Under the pieces are notes generated by a model. That model saw only the letters and a list, made by a program, of their open reading frames with translations, was not told the origin of the DNA and made no database searches. A DNA stretch of 64,000 nucleotides, taken from IMG/VR virus record IMGVR_UViG_3300037484_000317; one strand, written 5' to 3'. Of this stretch, positions 22,017 through 33,154 are shown piece by piece. A program made the translations under genes and the position numbers. How positions within the stretch are numbered: position 1 is the stretch's first letter; the number at the start of each line of letters is the position of its first letter. This DNA is from a virus (Duplodnaviria; Heunggongvirae; Uroviricota; Caudoviricetes).

Positions 22017-24464
22017 ATGGCCGACTCTCTTCGAAGTCATTTATCACCAGGTGAGATGAAAGCTGGAATGCGGAGCGGGGAAGCCGCCGCCTCCAACCCA
22101 TCGACCAACTGGGCTCAGCTTGCCTTTTCCGTGGCACGGGTCAAGGAAGTCCAGTACGAGGAGTTCAAATGCACCCTCGTAGTCCTCACAGGTGAATCTG
22201 ATATCTTCGAGTACACTGGTGTAGATCTGACTCTGCCTGGGGGTGGCCGTCGGCACTTCTTCGGTGCAATGCCTGAACGGGGTGACCTCTGTCACATCGG
22301 CTGGGCGGCCCGTGAGTCTCAAGGCACCGCCAGCGTAAAAACACCAGTTATCATTGGGTGGGTTACCCCGGCTCCGTGGATGGGGCACGAGTGGTTGCCA
22401 TTCGCTCGTTTTGGTCCGGGTGAAGGCCTTAATACTCCGAAGGAACGGGCCATTGCTACCGGCCTGGCCGAGCGGGTGCGGTTCAAGCTTCGTCACATTG
22501 GCCCGGGAGACATTCTAGCGACTTCCTCGTCCGGATCGGACATGGTACTCGATCGGGGAGTCCTTCTCACCAATCGTCGGGGCAGTGAACTGAGATTGCG
22601 GGACGAGGACTCAGCGTTCGTGGTCAGATCCGTAGTCGAGTTCCACGCACAGGCCGGAACACGAATCTACTCAGGCCCCATTCAGCGTGAAGCCCGATTG
22701 CTTCCAAGCGCACTGTTCTCGGACGGCACCTACTGGGATTCCCCCATCCCACAGGTGGACTCTGAGTCAAATCCGGTCTCGGCAGCGGCTCTTGGTACCT
22801 CTCCGTACCCTGTTGGGTTCCTTACCCCAGGGCTCATCTTTGCTCGGGGCGTGAACTCGACACTGTCTGCCTTCGAGGAGAGTGTTGGAACTCGGCTCTC
22901 AAACCGCCTGGACCCATTCGATTTCCTTCAGTGGGGTACGTTCGTAGACGGTCGTGGATTCCGGATTGACAGTGGTTCGGCACCGACTGTTGTCTACGGC
23001 GGCAAGGCTTTGTACAGGGTTGGCGTGTTCCCTGGCGGGGACCTTCCGGTCACTGGGGTTGGCAACGCGGTCGCATCTACCTTTGAGTCGGACCCCACAC
23101 CAGAGTCCCTGTCTGAGTACCGGGTTGAGGTCACGCACTCTTCCCGAGGGCTACTGCCGGTCACAGAACAGACTGACGGCTTTGACGCAGAGCGTCTCCC
23201 AACACAGAGCCCCACAGCGGGAAACCCCCTAGGTGGCTCTACAAGCTTCCCATTTGTTGAATGGGTATTGGGCTCGGTTGTTGGCAATGATCCCTTTTCG
23301 CTAACTGGTAGGGGGCTCTACGGGCTTCCTCTGCGGCCTGTGGTGTTTGATGCTGGTGGCGGTGTGTCTCCCGGCTTGGTGTCTGGAGTCAACTCTCGAC
23401 TTCGGGAGCATGCCGCAACCCTGTTGAAGGTCACGCCTGCGTTTGGTCCTGGACCATCCAGCTTCGTGTGTTTCACGAAGGATGCCCGGCTCAAGGCGTA
23501 CTTGGCGGGGCCTGGCACCTCGGCCGAGGTTGCTACACGCGGCGACTTTCAACTCGCTTTGGGTGGGGGGTTGGGGATCAATTCGGGTGGTGGGATCGCG
23601 CTCAACTCAGCTCCAGGTCCAGGCAACGTAGGAATCTCCCTCACATCTGCGTCCGGGGCGGTCACTATTTTTGGTGGGGGCACTGCGGCAGGGGATAACG
23701 CAGCGGCTGATGCTGACCCTGCTAGTTCCAGTGGGGGCATGGCCCCGAGTGTTCTGATTCACGGTACGAAGAACGTCACGGTGAAGTCCGACGGGCAGTT
23801 GGTCCTCAGTTCGCCCAGGATGGCACTCACGAACGCAACTCAGATTGACATCCGTTCACAGAGTTCACTCGCGATGTCTAGCGGTCAACGGGCCAGTTTG
23901 TCGGCACAGCAACTGGCGCTTTCAGCTTCAGGCTCAATGAGTACTCAGGTGTCCGGCCCTGCGGATTCAAATCCAGCAAGTGGTCCTAGTCATTCGTTCC
24001 AGATCAACGCAACACCCGCCACGGGAAATGCCGGGGGCACAACAGACTCCTACACGATGACCTTTGGAGATCGTGTGGAGGAGTTCACTATCTTGGGTTC
24101 CCACACCACTACCCTGACGGTGGGTGACTTTCTTTACGAGACGCTTCTGGGCGAATGGAAGACGAAGGCTGGCCAGAACACCCTGTCTGTTGACTCTGTT
24201 TCAGGTCACGACATGACACTTGCGGTAGGAGACTCTTCTACCCTGGTAAGCACGGGGTCACACTCGGTCGTGTCTCAACAGAATGCGTCTTTGCGGGCGG
24301 TTACAGGTTCCGTAGTTGTGGCAGGCACACTGGGTGTGAGGCTCGTGGCGCCGGGCGTGCCCAACGGGGGCATTATGGCAGGGTCGGATCTTGACCCGAT
24401 GAGCGGGATCCCATACGCAGCATTGGGACTGGTCCCTAGGCTACAGACACTCTCCCCAACCTGA
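22017..24464 (+). CDS. Baseplate hub/spike protein, Gp5/VgrG-like
   Basis: N-terminal OB-fold-like region (ARVKEV...MPERGDLCHIGW) and a long Gly/Ser/Thr-rich C-terminus typical of beta-helix repeats. Confidence 0.65.
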   Translation: MADSLRSHLSPGEMKAGMRSGEAAASNPSTNWAQLAFSVARVKEVQYEEFKCTLVVLTGESDIFEYTGVDLTLPGGGRRHFFGAMPERGDLCHIGWAARESQGTASVKTPVIIGWVTPAPWMGHEWLPFARFGPGEGLNTPKERAIATGLAERVRFKLRHIGPGDILATSSSGSDMVLDRGVLLTNRRGSELRLRDEDSAFVVRSVVEFHAQAGTRIYSGPIQREARLLPSALFSDGTYWDSPIPQVDSESNPVSAAALGTSPYPVGFLTPGLIFARGVNSTLSAFEESVGTRLSNRLDPFDFLQWGTFVDGRGFRIDSGSAPTVVYGGKALYRVGVFPGGDLPVTGVGNAVASTFESDPTPESLSEYRVEVTHSSRGLLPVTEQTDGFDAERLPTQSPTAGNPLGGSTSFPFVEWVLGSVVGNDPFSLTGRGLYGLPLRPVVFDAGGGVSPGLVSGVNSRLREHAATLLKVTPAFGPGPSSFVCFTKDARLKAYLAGPGTSAEVATRGDFQLALGGGLGINSGGGIALNSAPGPGNVGISLTSASGAVTIFGGGTAAGDNAAADADPASSSGGMAPSVLIHGTKNVTVKSDGQLVLSSPRMALTNATQIDIRSQSSLAMSSGQRASLSAQQLALSASGSMSTQVSGPADSNPASGPSHSFQINATPATGNAGGTTDSYTMTFGDRVEEFTILGSHTTTLTVGDFLYETLLGEWKTKAGQNTLSVDSVSGHDMTLAVGDSSTLVSTGSHSVVSQQNASLRAVTGSVVVAGTLGVRLVAPGVPNGGIMAGSDLDPMSGIPYAALGLVPRLQTLSPT

Positions 24465-26324
24465 GATTCCAATGGGCACCCCTAAATCGGACGCTGCACT
24501 GCCACCCACGCTAGAAGTACTCTTCGATCGGATCGAAGACCTCAATCAACAGATTGCAGCCCTTCGAAAACTACCTGTGATTCAGAAGTGCACGGAGTGT
24601 GGGTGGGAGACGTTCGACTCCTGTTCTGCTCGTGACTGTCCTGTAGTGCTCTGTCTCGCGTCGAAAGAGTAAGAGACTCGATGGCAAAGCCGAAGAAACC
24701 CAGGCGCAGTAAGCTCATTGTCCCATCCTCTATCATCGTAGCTGGCGCCACCTATCAACTGACGGCTGACGGAGCCGCTTACATAGAAGCACCTGTGACT
24801 CCCATTCCAGAGGCACCTTGTTTACATGAGGGTAAGGCTTGCGTGTGTCGTTGCCATTGGGATATCATCCTACATGACCGGGCGTGTTGCAGCACCTGTC
24901 TCAAGTGTGGATTTCGAACCGTTCAGTAGGTTGGCGTTCTCTTCTATGGGCCCCAGAGTCATACGGGTCGGATCCGCAGAGGAGTTCCCAGTGACCATGA
25001 AGTCGACCAAAGCTCGTGCTTGGGCTCTCGCTGCTGACATTCTGGAAGTCAAGTTGGGGACTGATCACAACGGGGATGTTCTTCCAGACAGCCAGCCTCT
25101 TGATGTAGTGTTGCAATATGTGAGGGAGAGTGTGATCCCATCTCTCAAACGGCGGGCAGCAATCATTGAGCGAGATACGAAGTGAGTTTTGACTCAAGTG
25201 AGGCGCCAACTAAGAAGGTTCCGTATCTAGTCTGTTCGGAGAACGCACACGACACGGATTCCAGGTGCCTTTGCGTGTGCCACCGGCAGACTTTGATTTC
25301 CCACGATCGGGCATGTTGCTCATCGTGTCCAGATTGTGGATTCAGGATTGTGATCGAGCACGAATTATTCGAGTCCGAATCGGAAATCTGACTTCGCAAG
25401 GCGTAAGAGATGCCATGGAAAATGACGGCACCCTAGGTATCAAGCCCTACGATTTCAATGCGTGGCTCCGCGATGCTCGATTGGGCTTCGTTGAACTGTC
25501 GGCCAGGCATACAACCCTCCTGGAGCGGATTGCTTCGGACACAAAGGAAGCGGACGAGATTTACGAGCAGCTTCAAAAGCTAGCTTCGGGTCTCAAGTCG
25601 TTCGGGATTGAGCCAGAGAAGAGCCTCGCACGACCCCGTTCTTCGAACGTCTCGGCGGCAACGGAGAAGATCGTCAAGCAGATTTTTGATGGAAATCCTG
25701 CGGGTGCCATCGTAACGGAGAGCAATCTAATCGCAGCAGTCAAGGCGGACAGCCCCTCGATGCTTGACAAGTCGATCCAAGGTGCCCTCTACAAAATGGT
25801 GGTGTCTGGGAAGATCACCCGTCACGGGAAGCGTGGATCCTACGCATACTCATCGCCTGAAGTCAAGGACGGGTCCTTCAAGGTCTCGATCGGAGACCCG
25901 GGACCCGTGGTTCCCGGAGCGACCAACGGCTCCCCGGAGGCTGCTCTCTCCATTGGCTTGGGTGTTCTCACCCCGGGTGTAGGTATTCTCACACCTGCTG
26001 TGGGTCAAATGTACCCTCGCGAGCAAGAGCCTGAACCCCGTCCCAATTGGGCCAGTCCCTCCGGATTTACTAGGGAATGACGGAAGCCGAGATTGAAGTT
26101 GAGCGCTGCCACCGAGCGCTCGATCGAATCTACGAGCATCTTCGAATCTTGGAGCCTACGCTCTCCAAAGAGCAGGTTGCGCTCTGCCCGATTGTGTCCA
26201 CCAAATGGTGGAAGCATCCCGAATGGGAAGAGCATGATGCCTACCTTCTTTCCGAGAGTGGTCGCTCTGCGGAGGTACGGCAACTAGCGGCGAGAGAAGA
26301 AAATCTCAAGGTTTGGTCCGAAAA

Positions 26325-26354
26325 TCGTGAGAAGTAATCCTACTGGTTCGTTAC
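26325..26354 (+). promoter_or_regulatory. ECF-like promoter motif, copy 11 (variant)
   Basis: TCGTGAGA-N16-CGTTAC-ctt-GGTGAAGA, then ATG 26368. Confidence 0.6.
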
Positions 26355-27070
26355 CTTGGTGAAGAGCATGAGCATCGAACCAGCACTAGACCGTGTCGCT
26401 GTGCAAGCGGCACAAGCTCGGAAAGACTTCCGAAATCACCAGATCGTCAAGGAGAGTCTGGGTCGGTGGCTCGTCCAACAGCCTGATAACTGTGCTTTCT
26501 GGTTCGAGTGCGTGGTGCTTGAGGGTGGGTACCTTCTCGTTCACGGGGACATCCAGGCCGTGCTCTTCGGTATCTACAGCGCCCACAGGGACACCCCCAA
26601 GGACATTGCGGCGCTCCAGACCCTCTATTGGATGGCCCAACGCACTCGACCCGATGATCACTACTTCGTCGAGAAGGCACAGAGGGGTACGAGTAGGGAC
26701 ACCATTTGGACCTACGACGAGGCTGTTCTTCGCGATGAAATCCGGGATTTGATCCGTGAAGCCCACGAGACGGAAGCCGAGACCGAGAACAAATCCATCG
26801 GAAGGAAGTTTGAAACCAGAGACGGGTTTCCTTCCAACAAGCCTGCTGTGCGCAGTGAAGAGCTGGAATACATCCTGGAGAACGTTGGGTCGGATACAAC
26901 CTTGGAAGAGACCCAACGAGCCATTTACGAGCTATTCGACGGGGACTGTGAGAGCGTCCCTCAGGGGAAGATAGTTTCGGCAGCGATGATCCATGCGCAT
27001 GCCGCTCTTCAAAGGCTCGCCGAGCTATTGGATGCCAGACCCTGTCCTCTTCATGAAGACTCATCACCAA

Positions 27071-27100
27071 TCGTGTAATCTCTCCTGGATGACCCGTTAC
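27071..27100 (+). promoter_or_regulatory. ECF-like promoter motif, copy 12
   Basis: TCGTGTAA-N16-CGTTAC-agt-GGTGAGAG, then ATG 27118. Confidence 0.75.
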
Positions 27101-27337
27101 AGTGGTGAGAGAACGCCATGAATCTGAAAAACCTGATCGAAATTGCTCGGATGGACATCAGCGGGGCTCACTACACGGATGCGCTGGCAAAGCTGGCCAC
27201 TGTCTCTGAGAACCTCGACACGCTCTACACGCGCATCGCAGAGCTGGAGGCCGCTCTTGTGGTAGCCAAGGACGCCCTTGCGGCAGCCAAGGCTGACACC
27301 TATCGAGGCCTTTTTGGAAATGGGCCCTCTTTCTAAC

Positions 27338-28702
27338 ATGGGAGCTAGTACCTCACGCAAGGTGGCCATGCACTTCTCGATCACGGGTGAGGCCCTAACT
27401 CGCCTTGCACGAGAGAGAATGCTGGAAGAGACACCGGGGGAAGCCTTTAGCCTTTTGAAGGAAAGCCTGTTGGGTCCCAAGGGACACGCAGAGCATTACG
27501 CGCCCAAAATCCTCGACGGTGAGATGAAGCTCACTGGCGACGAGTCCGGCATGGAGTGCGTGGACGACGAAGACTCTGCGGACTACAAGGAAGAACTCCG
27601 CTACATTTATGCGGGGCGCGTGCGTATCAAGGGGTCTTGGTTCCGCCCTGTAGCCCGTCTGCAAACAGGGCCCGGCGACCCTCACGACCCCGATCCGAAG
27701 AAGTACATGAACGACGGCTGGATAGCGGTTAGAATCCCCGGAGGGTGGATGGACGGGCCCCCCAGCAGCATCCGAGGGGGCCCCCGGATGTTGTTCGAGC
27801 CGGTGGGAGAGCCCCCCTTTTGGTGGGACAAGATCAAGACTCCATTGCAAGCCTTCCGTGATTTTGACAAGGCTGGGCGCCGCCTTGAGCTGATCCCCAC
27901 GGACTTTCGGCTGGAGCAAGACGATGAGGTGGGGCTGATGCGGAAGCAGGCCGCGCGTGTCATCGCAAGTACACCACTCTCGGCCGAAGAGGAAGCAGCA
28001 AACGACGCTGAGTACCAGGCTCTCTGGAATGCCGAAGAGAAGAGATCCGCACAGTGGACCGCTGAGGTCGAACGCGTGCGTGAGGGTGTTCTTGCGCAGG
28101 CAGGGGACGACCTAATCTCACTGACCTTGAAGGACGGCACCGTCATCCACAACGTGGCCCGCGCTCCATTCATGCACTGGGCACTTGATCGAACCCCCGT
28201 GAGGCACCTGGCGCCTCCCTGGGAGCCTGTGTCCCAGTCCGGCATGAAGCTCGTCATGGACAACCCGTATCATACGGACTGGCTCCTTGGAGCGGGACTC
28301 AGCATCCACAAAGACACCTACGGGTCTCCGGTTGCAGAAGCTGCGTACGAGGTGGCCTTCGAGTACGTACACCAGTTCACTGACCACGATGCCATGGTCC
28401 TATCGGAGGGTACTGGAAAGTCCCTATCGGGGGTCGTTGGCGAAGAGATCCTCATTCTGCGGGACCTGCACCCTGACCACCTTAGTGAGGTGCTCGCAGC
28501 AAAGGCTGTCATCACGGAGATCGGTGGGGCTCTTGCCCACCTGTCGCTGGTTGCACGGGAGTCCGGTATCCCCATCCTCTTGGTGCCCGACGCCATCACC
28601 AAGTTCCCGCCTGGAACCTACCTGCAAATCAATCCTCAAAATGGTTCAATCTACATTGCGCGCAACCCTGAGCGTAAGGAACCCGATGTCAACCTGGATT
28701 GA
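27338..28702 (+). CDS. Protein with a C-terminal PEP-utilising-enzyme mobile (swivelling phospho-His) domain
   Basis: KAVITEIGGALAHLSLVARESGIP matches T..GG..(S/A)H.A.VARE.GIP. Confidence 0.8.
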   Translation: MGASTSRKVAMHFSITGEALTRLARERMLEETPGEAFSLLKESLLGPKGHAEHYAPKILDGEMKLTGDESGMECVDDEDSADYKEELRYIYAGRVRIKGSWFRPVARLQTGPGDPHDPDPKKYMNDGWIAVRIPGGWMDGPPSSIRGGPRMLFEPVGEPPFWWDKIKTPLQAFRDFDKAGRRLELIPTDFRLEQDDEVGLMRKQAARVIASTPLSAEEEAANDAEYQALWNAEEKRSAQWTAEVERVREGVLAQAGDDLISLTLKDGTVIHNVARAPFMHWALDRTPVRHLAPPWEPVSQSGMKLVMDNPYHTDWLLGAGLSIHKDTYGSPVAEAAYEVAFEYVHQFTDHDAMVLSEGTGKSLSGVVGEEILILRDLHPDHLSEVLAAKAVITEIGGALAHLSLVARESGIPILLVPDAITKFPPGTYLQINPQNGSIYIARNPERKEPDVNLD

Positions 28703-30483
28703 TCGAAAAAACACCCCGGACGGCCCACGTTATCGCGAGTGGGAGAGCATCGTAGATCAGTACACGACACCGGAGCTTACTCGCGAGGGGATGATCCAGT
28801 ACCTCAATTCCCCGGATTCCGAGAAGCGCTTGAGTCGGGTTGATGCACATGGGACTTCACTCATCTACGACAAGCGTAATCCGGATGATGACTGGCAAAC
28901 TGAGCAGTGCAAAGCCAAAGGGTGTGGAGCATTCCACCACGCCTTTCTTTTGAGTGGGGATCAATGCTCTGAGTGTGGGGAACCTCAAGAATACAAAGGA
29001 CACGCACCACCCTGCATTGTAGAAAAGCGGCCCTACGATCCAACCATTGCCGCCAATGCACTGGATGCTGTTAGGAAAGCACTGACAGGTAGTTGAAGTG
29101 CGAAACAAGGAAATGGAAGCGATGATCAAGAATGACATCGCACGAGACGTTTCGAAGTTCGAGAAGACACCTGAGGGCTGGTACAAGCTTCCGGACGAAA
29201 GCTACGCGGACTTCGAGTTGTGCATTGCAGACACCGAGCAGTGGATCAAAAGCGTAGGGAAGAATCTCAAGACCGGTGAGCTGTTTGCCTCGCCCTTTGA
29301 GAAGTCGTTTCAGTCAGTCAAAAAGGGGTGGGAATGTCTATGGATCCGGTGAAGTCTATTTCAACATGGGCATTGATGAGGGAGGCCTATTCCAGACAGG
29401 CGTCCTGGCTAATTCCGTGGACTATCCTTTGCGTTCTGGTAACGATCCTAATCGTAATCCTCCTTCGACAGTGCGAGGTCAGCCCGGAGTCTCCCACACC
29501 GGTCTACCTGCATGACACTTGGCCTCCTGACCAAGAGCCTACACAGCAAGTGGCACCCCTGACACTGGATGGGGCCCCTCAGCCATGAGCCCTGAGGAAG
29601 AGCTGGGTCAACTTAAAGCCGAACTTTCCAAGTGGTCCCTTGAGATTTTCGACGGTGGTGTGCCCAGGCTCCTCCGGTTAGGTCCACGGGATTCTGGGGA
29701 ACGTCTGTGCCTTAGATTTGACCCACTCTTCTACAGCGGCAGCAACTCTGAGAGGTTACAGGAAGCAATCAAGGCACTAGGTATCTTGATTCGAGTCTGG
29801 AACCAGACCTCAACTCCCAAGGATGCGTACCCAAAGACGTGGGTGTGTTCCGACGGTTCTGTGTACGTAGCGGGCGCCCCAGTGCCTTTAGATGAGTTTT
29901 CAGTGAGGGAAGAGCCTCCAGTGAAGAAGCCATGAACATCTTCGTCGGTGTCAAACAGGGGAGGATCGAGTTCTGCGATGGCGTGGCGGATCCCGTGCCA
30001 TTTGCGCATGACGAAGGAAACTCGCTTGTGGAGTTTTTTCGGGCGCTCTTCAAGGGTGGGTGGGACGGTCATATGGTGACGGACTCCAGTATGACCTGGC
30101 CCGAGAAGTACGGCTGGAATCAAGAGGAAGACCCACACCACTTCCTTCACCACTGTATCCGTGAAGCCTCCAATCCAAAGGCCCCCGGATTCCGACCCAG
30201 AGTAGAAACTGGACCCCTCGAATTCGAGGGGGATTGGCCCGGTGTTTTCATCCGGGGTGACAACGCTTGCCATTACGGCTTTCTGATCAATCAGATGATC
30301 CAGGACATTGAGGGGAACGGAAAGTTGGGTCCCATCGATGTGGCCCAGCTTCGGGGGCTTTCTCGTCTCCTGACTCTGTGTGATGCCTCTGAGATCTCCA
30401 GTCACCCAGTCCTTCGATCCTATGGGGAATGTCTTGGAAAGGCTGCCCATGTCAAACAACGGGGACTGTGCCACGACGTTTGA
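28686..30483 (+). other. Five hypothetical genes, one with a TM segment (29328-29588)
   Basis: Tiled ORFs. Confidence 0.55.
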
Positions 30484-30502
30484 TCCTGCGTATGGTTGCA
30501 CC

Positions 30503-31000
30503 ATGCCCCCAGCCCGCACCTCTCACGGTCATCGAAAAGGAGGTTCGTTTTCTCTTACTTACATGACCTGGCGAGCTGTGATTCAACGCTGTACAAGCTA
30601 CAAACATCCCATGTACGAACACTACGGTGAACTGCCTTGCACAGATGGGTCATTAGGAGTCTGTCAAAGTTGGCGCACCTTTACGAATTTTCTCGCTGAC
30701 GTCGGTGAACGCCCCTCACGCGGACACACCATAGACCGCATTGAAAGGGATGTTGGGTACCAGCCGGGTAACACGCGATGGGCCACAGGATTACAGCAAG
30801 CGCGTAATCGAGACGACTGTGGGGGCCGGTTTCTGACACACCCCACTACAGGTGAGAGACTTCGGGTGAAGGCATGGGCCAAGAAGTTGCACGTCAACCC
30901 TGATACAATCAGAAAACGCATCAAGCGAAAATGGTCCCTGGACCGCGTGCTATCCACAAGAAAACCGAAGAAGCGTCGTCCTGTTTCGATGCCAGACTGA
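30503..31000 (+). CDS. HNH-type endonuclease
   Basis: TYMTWRAVIQRC...FTNFLADVGERPS.GHTIDRI...GYQPGNTRWAT pattern. Confidence 0.8.
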   Translation: MPPARTSHGHRKGGSFSLTYMTWRAVIQRCTSYKHPMYEHYGELPCTDGSLGVCQSWRTFTNFLADVGERPSRGHTIDRIERDVGYQPGNTRWATGLQQARNRDDCGGRFLTHPTTGERLRVKAWAKKLHVNPDTIRKRIKRKWSLDRVLSTRKPKKRRPVSMPD

Positions 31001-31010
31001 GGCCCCGCCG

Positions 31011-33152
31011 ATGCAAAAGTGCCCAACGTGCAAACAGAGTTCTGTCGTGGTCGATCGCCTTACTGGTGAGAGGGAGTGCCACAACGACAGGTGCGAACTG
31101 AATGTTGCGGACTTGGACATCAAGGACGCTGAACAGACTGGCGCTGTGATTGGTCATGTAATCGGGATCGTCTTGCGCTGGGTGTTTCTTGTTGGTGCTG
31201 TTGCTCTGTGTCTGAAATACTGCCTGTGAGGAAGGGGTCTAAATCATGTCTGAGGATGCTTACTGTGATGTGTGCGGGAAGATGGGCTGGCGTCGCCGAC
31301 GTCATGTTTCGCCAGATGATTGGTTCTTCTCTGAAGTGAAGAACGCGGACAGTCCTGCCGACTCATTGATCGCGCTTGCGTGCTCTGTCACCTGTCGGGA
31401 TCGATTTTGGACTCCCGGCCCAGGCCAATACGATCCTGTTACGGGGGATATCATATGCTCTACGACAAGTTCCTGAGTGCAATCATCGACAAGGGCCTTG
31501 CGGCGGCGATTGTGGACTACGCAGACAGCCCCAACCGGCTCAAGGGGGCCACGGAGGGATTCACCGCTTGTCGCGGCCTACAGCCTCCACAGCTCCACGA
31601 ACTGCTGTCCAAGGCCCGAGAGCGGGCAAGCCACGCCCAGTTGTATAACGCACCCATTGACACCTACTGGGAACTTCGCTGCTTTGAGGCGGAAGTCGAG
31701 TGGGTCTGCAACTGCATCAGCGTGGCCCTGCTGACTTTGGGCCAGGAGCCCATCGTGCAGCCGACGGTTAGAGCTGCCTTGTTGGTCAACGAAATTGTCA
31801 CGTTGAACACCAACTGACGTGGACCAGCCTACCAAGTACGACTTGAATCTCGCAATCCTGATGCGAGACAGGGATCAAGCCCCGCCCGAGTTGCGTGAGG
31901 CCATCGACTACTTCGTGGTCAAGTTCCGATTTGGCTCCAAAAGGCACCAATTTCTTTGCATCGAGTGCGGGGATCGCACAAGGGACATGTACATGGTCCG
32001 AAACGAGATTTGGCGTCAGGCCGTGCCGGTTGGCGGCGGGTACCTGCATTTTGCCTGCATCGAGAAACGATTGGGGCGACCACTGCACCTTGATGATTTC
32101 CAAGACCTGCCGATCAACCGAGAGATTTGCTACGGGTGGGCGCTCAGGGAGCGTAACACCCAAGAGGAGACGATAAATGGCCCGACCACAGTACTACGGT
32201 AGCTTCGAAAGCTTGCAGTTCCCCAAGACCGGGGCAATGATCGTGACGAAGGCTCGCGTACTTCACAAGAGCATCACGGCCAAGATGAAGGAACGTGAGG
32301 GGCGCATCCGTGCCGCTGCGAAGGAGATGGGCCTCAAGGATGCGGGGGATGTGCTCATGAGCATGCAGTCTATCGCCAACGGTGAGTCTGCCTATGGCAA
32401 TGCACCGGCTGCAAATCTCAATCTGACGGTCGGACTTGCGGCGAACATGAAGAGTGAGATTGCGGAGATGGACAAGGAGCGTCAGGAGACTGAGCGGCTT
32501 CGACTCATCATCGACAATCTCCCGCCACGAGAGAAGTTCAAGCTCAAGTTTGAAGAGCTGAAGTACTTCGGCTGGTGAAAGGGGAGCTTTCAACATGCAA
32601 CATTTCACTACAGCAGAGACAATCGGGGTCACCGTCATCGTTCTTGCCGTCCTTTGCCTTATCGCCTGGATTGCGTGGTTGACCCGGAGAGACACCGGGA
32701 GCGACAAGCAGCCTCTTCCGAGTCCGATTGACTATGACAAGATCTTTGGGGGTACTGAGACGAAGAGACATGAGTGGGCGACTTCGAGCACCACTGTCAC
32801 GATAACGACCCCGTTGGGCACTAAGTCAATGACGGTCACAACCGGCGGGGACGGTATTCCGAAGGTCACTACGACGACGACACCAACGAAAGCGCCAACG
32901 GAAACAAAGCCTGTCCCACCCAAGGATAACTGAGAGGTTATGGCCCACGTAATCATGTCACCGCCGGACCTCATCCCACTTGCACAACTCACCCATGAGT
33001 GCGGGGCCCTCGTGGAGTTCGTGCAGAGTGACATCCAAACGGACCAGCGTGGGGAGTCCTATGTTGTATGTCCTTGGTGCAAGAAGCCACCGTGGATTGA
33101 TGTACGTGTCCTACGGTGGCAAAATCGTGTGCTGGGAACGAAAGTGCTGTGA
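31011..33152 (+). other. Seven hypothetical genes, including a TM/Thr-rich protein at 32595-32933
   Basis: Tiled ORFs. Confidence 0.55.
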
Positions 33153-33154
33153 CC

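Larger units (their letters stand above)
24472..27336 (+). other. About eight hypothetical genes, including a possible winged-helix protein at 25415-26080
   Basis: Tiled ORFs. 25415-26080 has helix-turn-helix-wing-like ESNLIAAV...ALYKMVVSGKITRHGKRGSYAY. Confidence 0.55.
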
